From the NCBI GenBank assembly GCA_038087875.1, contig CM075999.1, forward strand, positions 932,001 through 996,000: a DNA stretch of 64,000 bases. The letters run 5' to 3'. The stretch comes from Malacoraja senta. Its lineage: Eukaryota. A program made the translations under genes and the position numbers. Each line of letters opens with the position of its first letter. Position 1 is the first letter of the stretch. Of the stretch, positions 49,813 through 62,908 are shown one piece after another. A model generated the notes under the pieces. That model ran no database searches and was not told where the DNA came from. It saw only the letters and a program-made list of their open reading frames with translations.

Positions 49813-52800
49813 TGTAAAGAAGCTGAGTCTGACTCACTTGTAGCTTTACTTAACGTTTAATGATAAGACAGGTTAAACACTTTCCAGCACTGACTGCACC
49901 CAGTCTGTCATCATGCTGGAACCAAGGGAGGAGTACACGGGAGATAGAGTTCTTATACTTGATAACTAAGGCGTGGTTAGTGGTACTGAGGTAGCTATAT
50001 TATTGGTTGCATGCATAAACCATCTACATCCTTCCCCTTAGAATCAAATGCACATGGAGGCAATCAGGATAGTGCTATTACAATTAACGTGCGAATTTAG
50101 ACAAAGTCGCCGTAGCGGACAGGCGGCTTAACAATGCGACCCGAACGCGTACGTACAGCACCTTCCCCCCCCCCCATCAGAAAGAAGAGAAGCCGTAGCG
50201 GAGGCAGGCAGGAAAGTCAAGGGAGGGGGAGATGCAGCCGGAGCGGGAGATAGGAGGGGGAGGACGTGCAGGAGGTGAAAGCGACCGGCCAAGACCAGGG
50301 GGCAATGAAACAGGAGACCGCAATAAACGAGGGGAATGGGGCATGCATGGAGCAGCTGGGTGATCAGCGGCAGCAGGTGGAAACGACAACGGAGGAGCAT
50401 AAGGAGCCGCAGGAGGAGGCTTTGGCTCGTTCACGGCCAACAGGTGCTGACGGCTTCGTCGGTAGGTAGTCCCCTCGTAATCCACCAGGTAAGATCTTGG
50501 AGAGTCATCCACGCCAGTCACCGTCGCGAGGCGGGAATAGCTGGTGGTGGTCCGCATCCGAACGACCTGCCCGGGTAGCAGAGGCAGCAGAGGGCGGCAG
50601 GACCTGTCGTGGGAACGCCGTTGAACTTCATGTTTATGATCGATCCGTCGTTGGACTGTGGTAGGATCGAGCACTTTGGGTAGCAGGGACTGCTGGGCGA
50701 TGGGCATAGGTGGTCTTGTCACTCTGGACATCAGACGTTGGGCAGGGGAACCCATAAGCGGGTCCCGTGAAACGTTACGTAGGTTAAGTAAGTCCAGGTA
50801 AAAATCGCTGTTAGACAGGCGGGACTGCTCCATCAGGCCCTTAGCACTCCGCACGGCCCGTTCGGCCAGGCCGTTACTCTTTTTTTTTAAATTAATTAAT
50901 TTTTATTGGAGGTAAATACATATCATATTAAAATCGATACCAGTCTTACATTTTTAAATTAATAATATTGTCAAATATTATTACATTGTCTCCAATACTT
51001 TTGTATTTTTTTTTTTTTAACTAAATAGAACTAAAAAGATAGATGAAATAAAGAAAGAAAAGAGAGAAAAGAAAAAAAACACAAAAAAAGGACAAAAAAC
51101 AAACAAAAAAGAAAGAGATAATAAAGAAGAATGGAATAACTTACTACGATAAAAAACTTCATTCGAGATATATTCGTACATTTCAGAGTATAACATTTCA
51201 TCTATTCCTTGGCTCGAGTGCTAGTCAGGTTCTTGTGCTGAACCGTTCTGACCCTTTAGATAATCAATAAAGGGAGACCATGTTCCAACGAATAGTTCCT
51301 GTTTGTCCAACAGGACAAGTCTAATTCTTTCCAAGTGAAAGGTCTCCGTCATTTCTATAATCCACATTTTGATTGTGGGGGTTATAGGGCCTTTCCAAAA
51401 TGTTAGAATTAATTTTTTCCCAGTTATTATACTATAATCAATAAAGTTTCTTTGAGTTGTTGTAAATGTTTGATTTAGTTCTAATATTCCTAGTATTATT
51501 AATTTTGGATCCGGGTCCAATTGACTGCTGGTCACTTTAGATATTATTCTGAAAATATTTACCCAGAATTTTTTAATTTTTATGCAATTTGCAAACATAT
51601 GAGATAAGTTAGCTTCTAAATGTTGACATTTATCACATATAGGTGAGATATGTGGGAAGATTTTATTTAATTTTGTTTTAGAATAATGTAACCTATGTAT
51701 TACTTTGAATTGTACAGGCCGTTACTCTGAGGGTACTCCGGGTTGCTGGTGTAGTGATGGAAGTTCCACCTTGCAGTGAAAGCTTTGAACTCGGCACTTG
51801 TGAATTGCGGTCCATTGTCGGTCTGTAAGCGGACAGGGACGCCGTGGGCTGCGAAATGCTCACGCATCTTTGCGATGACCCTCCCGGAGGTGGTGGACGG
51901 AAGGTGGTCAATCTCGAACCAATTGGAGAATGAGTCCACCAGGACGAGAAAGTGCTTACCCCGCCATTCGAATATGTCAGCAGCCAGCGATGTCCAAGGC
52001 ATGGCTGGTGCCAGCTGCTGCAGAAGAGGTTGACGCTGCTGGTGTGGGGTAAGGTTGTTGCAGGAGGCACAGGAGGACACCCGGTTCCTGATGTAGTTGG
52101 CCATGCCAGGCCAGTAGAACTGTCCTTGGGCATGAGAAACAGTGGCCTCGATTCCAGGATGACCACTGTGGGCTGCATTGTAGTATAGATCGTATAGAGA
52201 GGCTGGGACCACAACTTTGTGGCCTTTGACGATAACCCCATCCTGGATCACCAGCTCGTCGCGGACCAGGAAGAACGGTTGTGCGCCCGATGGCGAATTG
52301 GTACGTTTGACGGGCCACCCACGCTTGATGATGGCAGCCAGCTGCTGCAGTGCGGGGTCCGCAGCGGTGTGCTTGATCAGGCTCTGTAGCTGCTTGGTTG
52401 GAACAAAGTTGACATTCAGTACGAATAGGTTTTCCTGCTCGTAAGGGTGGCGGTCACAGGATGCCCGTGGGGCACGAGAAAGTGTGTCAGCAACATGCAT
52501 CTCCGTTCCCTTCTTATATGTGATTTCAAAATCAAAACGCTGGAGTTGCAGCATCATACGTTGTAGTCTGGCAGGGGCAACATGTATGGGTTTGTTAAGA
52601 ATGGTCACCAGTGGCTGGTGGTCGGTCTCGACTGTGAATCTACAGCCAAAGAGAAAGTCTTTGAATTTGGAACAAGCAAACACCACAGCCAGGAGCTCCT
52701 TCTCGATCTGAGCATATCGTTGCTCCGTGTCGGTCATGGTCCGAGAGGCATACGAAACCGGTAGCAGGGAGCCGTCGCCGTAGAGCTGCAGGCAAGCAGC

Positions 52801-55411
52801 ACCCAGTCCGAAACGAGAGGCATCACAGGTCACAACAATGGGACGGCGCAGGTCGAAGAATTTGAGTGTTGGGGTGCTGATCAGCTTAGACTTCAGACAT
52901 TCGAAAGCCTGCTGGTGTTGTGGAAATCAGGACCAGGCGATGCCTTTCTTAGTTAGTTGTCTCAGGGATGAGCTCAGCTCACTGAGATTCGGTATAAACT
53001 TCCCGAGGTAGTTGACCATGCCCAGGAATCGTTGTAGACCAAGCACGTCAGTTGGGGCTGGCATCTCGGATATTGCAATAGTCTTTTGCGGGTCGGGTTT
53101 CAGTCCATTGGAAGTGAAGATGTGCCTGACGTACGGCACCTCCGAGACACGGAACCGGCATTTATTCTTGTTCAGTTTTAAGTTGATCTGCCGGGCACGG
53201 TCCAGGACTCTGCGGAGGTTCTTATCATGTTCGGCGGCATTCTCCCCGTAAACTAGGATGTCGTCAACGATGATGGCGCATGGCATGCCAGCGAACAGCT
53301 GTTCCATGGATCGCTGAAACACTTCACTGGCAGAGTTAATACCGAATGGCATCCGTAGAAACTTAAATCTGCCATAAGGAGTGGAAAAAGTTGTCAGGTC
53401 GGAGGAACGCTTATCGAGTGGTATTTGCCAGAAAGAGCTTTTTGCATCAAGGACAGAAAACACCGTAGCCTGGCCGACCTGAGCTGCGACGTCCTCTACG
53501 GTTCTCATGGGGTAGTGTGGCCGCCTGATCGCGAGGTTCAGGTCTTTGGGGTTAATACACACCCGTATCTCGTTTTTGTCCTTTTTCAGGGTAGCAACCA
53601 TGGTGGAGACCCACTCGGTGGGCTCGCTCACTGCTTCCAGCACCCCCATTGTAATCATGCTCTTCAGCATTGCTTCCACTTTATCCTTTAAAGCAAGGGA
53701 TACTCTGTGTGGTGCACAGACCACTGGCACCACTTTGGGGTCGGTGACAATCTTGTAGACAAGAGGCAGTTTGCCCAGCTCATTATCAAACAGGTCCGGG
53801 TACTCAGATAACGGATCCATCGGCAACTGTATTTCGTGGACAGTACGGTCGAAGGACACTAGTCCCAGGTCTTGGCACGCCTGGTTGCCCAACAGAGTCA
53901 CACAATCAGAATCCAGAACATAAAACATGAGGGGCCGCGATAACTTTTGCAGCACACAATTAAAAGTTGCCTTTTCCACAGGTTTCAGCACCTCGCCCCC
54001 ATAAGCACGTAAAGTCGAATGGTCTGAAGTCAGTGGCTCATTATGTCTAATCTTTCTGAACAGGTTTGTTGACATAACATTGACTTTTGCCCCCGTGTCG
54101 AGCTTGGCTGTGAACGGACAGTTGTTGACGGTAACGAGGACCGATGGATCGGGGAGGTGAGCAGGTGCGTGTAGGAGTGTAAATACACTAGCATCTCCTT
54201 GAGAACTAATTGCCTCAGAGTCGTGGGCAGTGTCGAGAGAGGACTGGGAACCAAAATCACTATCAACTTGAGCCAGGTTGTTTAATACTTGTCTAGGAAC
54301 CGGTGGTAAGTTCCCACGGGAACGGCAAACCGCCGAGAAGTGATGCAATCTCTTGCAGAAATTGCATGATTTACCATAAGCTGGACACTGCGATTGCATT
54401 GAATGTACATAATTGCAATTAGGGCACCTTTTAACCACCCGTCCTCCGGGGATATAACCTGCCCGCGGCGCGGGTCTAGCGTTGTCTATTTTGGGACGTG
54501 GTCTGTTGAGACCAGTTAAATTGACCGATCGACCAACAGTGCCCCTTTGTCCGAACAACGGGTCAACGACTTCAGCCAACCTGCATGCATGCATTGCGTC
54601 AGTCAGAGTAAGATCCCGCCTCCTTAGTAGCTCGGATCGCAGTTTCTGATCCAGCATACCTGTTACTAAAATGTCCCTGGTAAGCTGGTCAGTCATGTTT
54701 TCAAATCGGCACCTCTGTGCGAGATAGCGCAGATCCGCAATAAAGCATTCAACAGGTTCGTCGGGCTGTTGCTTTCTCGTGAAAAACTTTGCTCGCTCTA
54801 AAATACGGTTCGAGGGCAAGTCGCAAATTTCGGCAAATTTTCGCAATAGTCGTTTGCAGACTCCGCAGGTACCTGAATCAGGTCGTTCGCATCCCGGACC
54901 TCGGGATCATAGGCAAAGGCTCGTGCTCTCCTCATGGCATCTGGACCCGCAAGGTTCAGTAGGAGAGAAGCTTTAACAATATCAGGATCGTTGCGATGAA
55001 CGATATTGATGTAATGAGTGAAGTCCATTTCAAAAGTCGCCCAGCGTTCAGCTATGTCAGCATCAAAGACCAGGGGCGAGGGTTTGCGGCACGAGGATGC
55101 CATGGCCAAAAGTCACAAAACTCCGATAAAGCAACACTTTCAAAGAAAAAAAAACACGATACACAGGAGGCGGGCGTTTAAACTTGCTGACACCATGTAA
55201 AGAAGCTGAGTCTGACTCACTTGTAGCTTTACTTAACGTTTAATGATAAGACAGGTTAAACACTTTCCAGCACTGACTGCACCCAGTCTGTTATCATGCT
55301 GGAACCAAGGGAGGAGCACACGGGAGATAGAGTTCTTATACTTGATAACTAAGGCGTGGTTAGTGGTACTGAGGTAGCTATATTATTGGTTGCATGCATA
55401 AACCATCTACA
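49813..55411 (-). mobile_element. Ty3/Gypsy LTR retrotransposon, near full length
   Basis: 216-bp LTRs (49813-50028, 55196-55411; 2 differences seen), TSD TGAAG, PBS TGGTGTCAG, PPT, Gag with Cys/His knuckles, protease LDTGA, RT IVDD, RNase H CDAS and IN HHCC + DDE. One frameshift near 54850, a stop at 52927 and an L1 insertion in IN. Confidence 0.95.
50881..51714 (-). mobile_element. L1 3' fragment inserted in the Gypsy integrase
   Basis: Poly(T) at 50881, ORF2 C-terminus, and 14-bp TSD caggccgttactct at 50867-50880 and 51715-51728. Confidence 0.92.
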
Positions 55412-56249
55412 TGAAGTACCTAGAGGGATCAGTTCCGTGTCGGGATCCAATTTTATTTTTAGTATTTTTGAAAATATTTCAAAAATTCCTCTCCAGAAAT
55501 TATGTAACTTTATACAAGAGGCAAAGGAATGAGTTATAGTTGCTTCCTGAAGAAGACATTTATCGCAAATAGGAGATACATTTGGAAAGATCTTATTCAG
55601 TTTAGACTGAATAATAGAGTCTATGCAGTACTTTAAATTGAATTAATGAATGCCTAACGTTAAGCGAACAGTTGTGTATATATAGAAGGTTTTCCTCCCA
55701 TCTGTCTTTTAAATTTTTTAGGCCAAGCTCATCTTCCCAAGCTCTTCTAATTACTTCTGACGATGGGGTTTCTATATTTAAAAGGGTGTTATACAGATAT
55801 GATATTAACTTGTTTGAATCCGAGTTTCATTTCATCCATTCGTCTAGTGTGTCTGGCAACATAGATTGATAGTCTTGGATACATGATTTCAGATTGTCTC
55901 GTATTTGAAGGTATCTAAAATATTGACTACCTTTCAGATGATATTTCAACTGTAATTCTTGAAATGAGAGAAGAGTTCCCATCTCATAATGATCTCTGAG
56001 TTTTTAAATTCCTAATCTTTCCCAATGTGTGAACGTTTTGTCTAAAATAGACGGCTTGAACGAAGGGTTGTTGGCAATTGGTGAGAGAAGAGATACATTT
56101 CTCAGTTTAAGGGTTGACTTCACTTGTTTCCAGATTCGTAGGGTACTGAGGATAATCGGATTTTTCTCATATAGTGTTTTCTTCAAATTTATTGGAAAGA
56201 GAAGAATCGCGCCTATATTAAAAGGCGAGCAATCCTCTCTCTCCATTAT

Positions 56250-57125
56250 TAATGGAGAGAGAGGAGGAGGAGGCGCTGTCCAGAACGTCTGCCTGTCCTG
56301 CAGCTGTCCGTTTTTTTCCCTTCTTTTTTTATTATTTTTAGTATGTTGAGTGTGTAGTCAGGGGGCCTAATCTTTTTATGTGTGGGGGGTGGTGGGGGGG
56401 AAGGGGGAAACTGCTTTTCGAGTCCCTACCTGGTCGGAGGGGTTGCCTTCCTCCGAGCAGCGCCTTCGACCTGTCCTTGCGGCCTACCAGCGGGTCCTGG
56501 AGCGACGTTTCCCTGAGGGGACCTGGCCAGAACATCGGCTTTGGCGGCGGCGCAGAACATCGGCTTTGGCGGCGGTGCAGCGCTGGAGCGCTGTCGTGGA
56601 GCAGGCGATGCCTTTCCTGGGTCGCCGCGCTGGAACTCCAGTATACTGGGACCGCCGATGAGAACATCGTGGAGCAGCGGTTCTGTGGAGCGGCCAGCTG
56701 CGACGCTGAACGGTACATCCCGGAGCCTGGGATCTCTTGCTGAGATTGCCAGTGTGTGGAGCTCCGTCCGGCGCGGTCTGTTGGCTTGGAAGCCGCGGTC
56801 TTCAGTGGGAAGGTGGTCGTTCCTGGTACCCCAAGCCGCTGGCGATTCTCCCGATGCCGGAGTACCATCACCCGGCGAGAACATCGGGCGCCGTGGCGGC
56901 GACTGTGGAGGCCTCAGTGGGCCCGACTCTGGGTGGACAAGAGGATGGGGACTGGACTTTGTGCCTTCCCCCACAGTGGGAACCACTGTGGGGGGATGTT
57001 TTGGTGTTGAACTTCTTTTTAATACTATGTTGTATTTTATTAGTGTGCTGCAAGGACATCTGAATTTCCCCTGAATAAGGGGATTAATAAAGTCTAATTC
57101 AATTCAATCCAATTCAATTCAATTA
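56250..57125 (+). mobile_element. GC-rich non-autonomous retroelement inside L1
   Basis: (aattc)n tail and similarity to 13908-14877. The L1 frame resumes on both sides. Confidence 0.75.
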
Positions 57126-58191
57126 ACCATTTTACCTGTTGGCATGTGTTGTCCATCCAATAGATTACGTTTTTAATATTCGTTGCCCAATAATAGTATA
57201 AAAAATTGGGGAGAGCCAGTCCACCAATTTCTTTGGGTTTACATAGATGTCGTTTATGGATTCTATGTGTTTTATAATCCCAAATAAAGTTTGTGATCAG
57301 TGAGTCAAGTTTTTTTTAAAAAAAATTAGGAAGATAAATCGGTATTGATTGAAATAAGTACAGGATTTGTGGGAGGAAGATCATCTTTATGGCATTTATT
57401 CTGCCTATGAGAGACATCGGAAGCTTTTTCCAAAATTGAGTAAGGGCATTTAGTTTGCTAATTAAAGGAGGAAAGTTTGCTTGAAATAGAGAAGTGTATT
57501 TTCTAGTTACGTGAACTCCAAGATATTTAAATTTTTCCGTAGCAATTCTGAAAGGGAATTTTAGGAGGTGTGTCGGCTCTTGAGGTTTTATTGACATAAT
57601 TTCACTTTTGTTCCAATTTATTCTATATCCTGAAAAGGAACCGAATTCCTCGATAAGATTTAGTATACTTGGAATGCTAACTTGGGAATTGGTGATACAG
57701 AGTAATACATCATCTGCATATAATGATATTTTATTATTGGAATATTTAGTGTTATAGCCGTGAATATTCAGATGTACTCTTATACTTTCCGCTAAAGGTT
57801 CAATCGCGAGGGCAAATAACAGGGGTGATAATGCACATCCCTATCTATTGCCCCTGGATAGCTGAAATTTAGGTGAGAGTACATGATTAGTCCGTATTCT
57901 GGCAGCCGGCTTGTCATATAGCAATTTTATCCATGAAATAAAATTTTCTCCCAACTGGAATTTTTGCAATACTGTAAAAAGATATTTCCATTCTACTTGG
58001 TCAAATGCTTTTTCTGCGTCTAATGAAATAATTGATGTCTTCTTTTATCGTTCTATGTGATATAATTATGGCCATTCTCACTGCATGAATGAAACAAAAT
58101 ACAGGCAGTGTGAAATGACACTTTTGGTATTTTTCCATTTTCTTCCTATGAAAGCATTGACTTTTTGGCTTTATTCTTCAAGGAGTTCCTG

Positions 58192-59022
58192 CTTCCGGAA
58201 GTGCAGCGGCTCGCCTGCAGTCCGTCTGTTTTTACTTTTGTTGTTGTTTTCTTTTGTCCTGTTTTAGTTTAAATTTTGTTTATTGGGTTGTGTATGTGTG
58301 GGGTGGGGGGTGAAACATGCTTTTTGTCTCTTCCTTCAGGGGAATGCGACTTTTTCTTGTAGTATCCCCTTCTCTGCCTCCGTCTGCGCTGAGGCCTAAT
58401 GGCGGAGCTGCCGGCCTCCAACTCCAACTGCGACCGACCGACCTCGAGGCTCCGGAGGCAGAGCCAGGAATTACCAGCGCGGGGCTGGCCGGCTTCGGGG
58501 CTGCGGTGGCGTTCCGGCGGTGGCGACTGAGGACACTGGTGGCGACCTGAATCCGGAGGCTCGGCCGCGGGCTCGGTGGACGACATCGTCGGGAGCTCGC
58601 AGGTCACAGGTGGGTGACCTGTTTTTCTGGAGCTCCCGCAACTACAGCTGCGTCAGCTGGACTGGAGGGCGGCAGCTTCGGCAGCTTCGACCACCCCGGG
58701 CCGCGGAGTTTGAACCGGCCCGTCGCGGAGCGGAGCTCGGATTCAGCCGCGGGATTGACTTACCATCACCCGGCGGGGTCACAACATCAGAAGCCTGGAT
58801 CGCCTGCGCAGAGGAAGAACAAAGAGGAAAGAGACAGAGACTTTAAGACTTTTGCCTCCATCACAGTGAGGAGGTGCCTGGTGAACTCACTGTGGTGGAT
58901 GCTAATTTGTGTTTATTGTATGTTTTGTTATTTATTATTATATGTATGACTGCAGGCAACGAAATTTCGTTCAGACCGAAAGGTCTGAATGACAAATAAA
59001 GGAATCTCTAATCTCTCTAATC
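58192..59022 (+). mobile_element. GC-rich non-autonomous retroelement (longer copy of 13146-13637)
   Basis: Near-identical 3' ~500 nt, with AATAAA and a (tctaa) tail. Confidence 0.8.
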
Positions 59023-59024
59023 TT

Positions 59025-59410
59025 TACAGCACCAGATACCAGGGTTCGATCCTGACTACGTGTGCTGTCTGTACGGAGTTTGACGTTCTCCCTGTGACTA
59101 CGTGTGTTTTCTCTGGGTGATCCGGTTTCCTCCTACATTCCAAAAACATGCAGGTCTCCAGGTTAATTAGCTTCTGTAAATTGTCCATAGTGTGAAAGAT
59201 AGAACTAGTGTATGGGTAGACAAAAAATGCTGAAGAATCTCAGCGGGTGAGGCAGCATCTATGGAGAGAAGGAATTGGCGACGGTTCAGGTCGAGACCCT
59301 TCTTCAGACTAGTGTATGGGTGATCATTAGTCGGCGTGGGCTCGGTGGGCAGAATTTCCTGTTTCCACACTGTACCTCTAAACAAAACTAAAACCAAAAC
59401 CAAAACTAAA
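59025..59410 (+). mobile_element. HE1-type SINE containing a Penelope-derived insert (59218-59307)
   Basis: Insert flanked by the 14-bp direct repeat actagtgtatgggt. Confidence 0.8.
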
Positions 59411-59774
59411 TCTTTCCCCTCTCACCTCAACCCTTTGTCTCCTGGTTCTTGATTTCCCTATTCTGGGTAAAATACACTGCGCATTCCCTCTATCCATTCC
59501 CCCTACCCATTCCCATTGCGATCTTATACACCTCTATTAGATCACCTCACTTAACTTGCAATGAACAGGAGCAAATATGAACAGGAGCAAATATGTGAGC
59601 ATCTAAGGCAGTACACTAGGTTCATGTGAATCACAGCTTCACCTTCACATTGTTTGTGTTGCTGGACTGTAGGATAGGAAAAGATGAAAGGGCAAGTGTG
59701 TAGGAAATGTTGAGATAAGGGAGGCAGTAGGTGGAGCAGAAGTGCAAGCTGGTAGCCAACATAATGCAATAGGG

Positions 59775-60080
59775 TTTAGAGATGCAGCATGGAAACGGGC
59801 CCTTCGGACCACCATTCACATCGATCATCCATTCACACTAGTTCTATGTTATCCCATTTTTGCATCCACTCCCTACACACTCGAGGCAATTTTACAGAGG
59901 GCAATTACCTACAGACCCACACGTCTTTGGGATGTGGATGGAAACCCGTGTACCTGTAGGAAACACGTGCAGTCACAGGGAGAACGTGCAAACTCCACAC
60001 AGACAGCATCCAAGGTCAGGATCGAACCCAGGTCTCTGGCACAGTGAGGCAGCAGTTCTACCAGCTGAGCCACTCTGCTG
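59775..60080 (-). mobile_element. HE1-type V-SINE
   Basis: Core as at 40800-41127. Confidence 0.8.
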
Positions 60081-60834
60081 CTGATTCAATGTGCCATTCC
60101 CTTCTAGGGTGGGTACTTGTTTGGCAGGGACGCTGTTCACCAGTGTAAAAATGGTGGCAGGTGCATTTCACGGTGTTGGGGTCCCATTTAATACATTTTA
60201 ATTTTTTCTTCAATTCTCCTATCCCCGCAAATTAACTGCTCAGAATGAATAGTTGGGAGTGGAGTTAAAAAATCAACCTTAAAGTATCTTTTAAAATTAC
60301 TTTAGTATTTAAGAAAATCTCAATCTTTTATCGTTAACATAATGTTAAGGGGGTAATTTATGTGGGGAAATATGCAAAGGCTTACAGGTTCTGACTGGTT
60401 ATGCAAGTCAGGTGTGTGTTGCAGAATTAGCTATGGAGAATCTGCTGAGTTACAGTGGCAGATTAGCCATCACCAGGTTGGGTATGGTTGCTAATACCGT
60501 ATCCAAAGAATGAGAAGCAGGTTGCAAATATATTCCCATGAACCAAATCTCTTAATGGCTCACCGGTAGTTAGCTCCATATTTGGAACTGCCTGCGGCTT
60601 GTGCCCTTCAGATGTTGTCTAGACAGCCACAGGTCCTCTCCTACAGCTTTATGATGATTTCCTTTCTCACCCAATGCCACTCGCCAAGGTGCTAATGAAT
60701 CACTGAGCTTTGCACATCAGTAATACCAACTGGGCAAAGGAGCAGAGTTAATGTGGCAGCACACCTAATCTACTGAAAGGTGGGAGATGCAGCCATGTCT
60801 TGAGAGAAGCGAACAAAATTTGTAGTGTCCCCAG

Positions 60835-61200
60835 CACTCCCAATTCCAGTGTCTCTCCATCACTCATCATCTCCAGTCTCCATCATTCTCCATTCTGAAT
60901 CTCCACCATTCTCCATCTTCAATCTCCCATTACTCCCCATCTCCAGTTTCCCATCACTCCCCATCTCCAGTTTCACTGTCACTCCCCATCTCGTCTCCCA
61001 TTACTCCCTATCTCCAGTCTCACCATCACTCCCCATCTCCAGTCTCCCATTACTCCCCATGTCACCTCCCATTACAACCATCTCCACTGTCTCTCCTTCA
61101 CTCTTCATCTCATGTCTCTCCATCGCTCCTCACTCACTGCCAATGTCAACCCACACTACCAATCTCTAGTATCCCCTATCACATCCCATCTTCAGTCTCC
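60835..61200. repeat. Degenerate pyrimidine-rich tandem repeat (ctccccatctccagt-like)
   Basis: Recurrent ccatctcc / cattactcccc units. Confidence 0.8.
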
Positions 61201-61224
61201 TCAGCGCTGTCGAGCTTATGACTG

Positions 61225-61478
61225 TCATAGAGTCATACAGTGTGAAAACAGGCCCTTCGGCCCATCTTGACCACAAACCGACCAACATGCACGATCTACA
61301 CTAGCCCCACCTGCCTGCGTTTGGCCATATCCCTCTAAACCTGTCCCATTCATGTACTTGTCCAAATGTTTCTTAAACGTTGTGATAGTGCCTGCCTCAA
61401 CTACTTCTTCCAGAAGCTCATTCCAGACACCCACGATCCTTTGTGTGAAAAAGTTACCCCTCGGGTTCCTATTAAATC
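61225..61478 (-). mobile_element. CR1 3' end
   Basis: GVWNELLEEVVEAGTITTFKKHLDKYM and 3' UTR. Confidence 0.8.
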
Positions 61479-61786
61479 TGCTGCTTTGTCTTAACTTGAA
61501 TTCTTTTCACCAATCACTTATGTTAATTTCATGTTTCAATTATCTTGCTGATCCAAGTACAATTATGCAAATACACTGACAGTACCTTAATTCTTCCATT
61601 AAAGCAGTAATCTAGTGAAATAAAATACAGTTCATAATAATTTAGGGAAGATTCACATCAGTGCATAAAATATACTCAGGATATATATAGGGAAAATCAA
61701 TCAGTATCTGTACCTTCACATGTCAGCCACACCACAAGAGGGAGCAACTGGCATAAAAAAACCTAAATAGTAAGTAAGTAAGTATT

Positions 61787-62113
61787 AGCCCTGTCCCACG
61801 GTGCGAGTTCATTCCAAGAGTTCTCCCGAGTTTGCCCTGATTCGAACTCGGAAATTTACGGTAATGGCCACTCGTCGGTACATGGGGCTCTCGTGGACAT
61901 TTTTGAACATGTTGATAAATCTTCACGAGTCTTCCTGTGCTTACCTGCCGTTAGAGAGTCTTCCCGAGTACCTGCCGTTAGCGGTACGAGCCGGTAAGAG
62001 ACGTCCCCGAGCTCCGACGTACCCGCTACGTTTATTCTCCGTGCTTACCACGAGTTTGATTTTTTAATAACTCGGGAGTGCACTTGAATGAACTCGCACC
62101 GTGGGACAGGGCT
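61787..62113. mobile_element. Harbinger-type MITE
   Basis: TIR agccctgtcccacggtgcgagttcattc / gaatgaactcgcaccgtgggacagggct, sitting in a (taag)n LINE tail. TIR core shared with 46903-47691. Confidence 0.85.
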
Positions 62114-62905
62114 TTAAGTAAGTAAATAAGTTTATTGGCCAAGTATTCACATACAAGGAATTTGCCTTGGTGCTTCGCCCACAAGTAACAACATGACATA
62201 CAGTGACAGTTACGAATGACTCAGAAAACACTAAACATTAATATTAATAAAACATTAATGATAAAATACCATTGATCAAGCATGTGAACCAACAAAATAA
62301 CAGATCAAAGGGAGGCTACAGATTTTTGGCTATTGAGTAGAGCAACTACTTGTGGATAAAAACAGTTTTTATGTCTGGCTGTGGCAGCTTTGACAATCCG
62401 GAGTCGCCTTCCAGAGGGAAATGATTCAAAGAGTTTGTGGCCAGGGTAAGAGGGGTCAGAGATGATCTTGCCCGCTCGCTTCTTGGCCCTTGCAGTGTGC
62501 AGTTCATTAATGGAAGGTTGCAGCCAATAACCTTCTCTGCTAATCAAACGATTCGCTGCAGCCTCCAGGTGTCGTGCTTGGTGGCTGAGCCAAACCAGAC
62601 CATGATGGAGAAGGTGAGAACAGACTCTACGATGGCCGTGTAGAATTGGACCATCATTGCCAGCTGTGACACTTCCTGTCTGTAGGCAGATTCCTCCCCA
62701 TCCTGGATCAGTCCAATCAGGGTTGTGAAGTCCGGAAACTTGAGAAGCTTGACAGAGGTGTCTGTGGAGGTGCAGTCTTTGGTGTAGAGAGAGTAGAGGA
62801 GAGGAGAGAGTACGCAGCCTTGCAGTTCTCCAATGCTTGAGCGTGATCCGAGATGTGCTTTCCCAGCCTCACATGCTGCTTCCCGTCTGTCAGGAAGCTG
62901 GTGAT
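62114..62905 (-). mobile_element. Rex1/Babar-type LINE, internally deleted
   Basis: QGCVLSPLLYSLYTKDC...LLKFPDFTTLIGLI...ESAYRQEV and FYTAIVESVLTF. Confidence 0.8.
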
Positions 62906-62908
62906 CCG

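Larger units (their letters stand above)
49210..58070 (-). mobile_element. L1 LINE (5'-truncated) split by Gypsy and GC-rich insertions
   Basis: RT motifs (LDAEKAFD, QG..PLSP, LYADD) at 57300-58040, ORF2 continuing at 55417-56246 and 49570-49812, and a T-rich 3' end near 49210. Confidence 0.85.

Noticed and set aside
56338..57074. Multiple overlapping 100-190 aa ORFs
   Set aside because: Stop-poor GC-rich repeat with no domain similarity.
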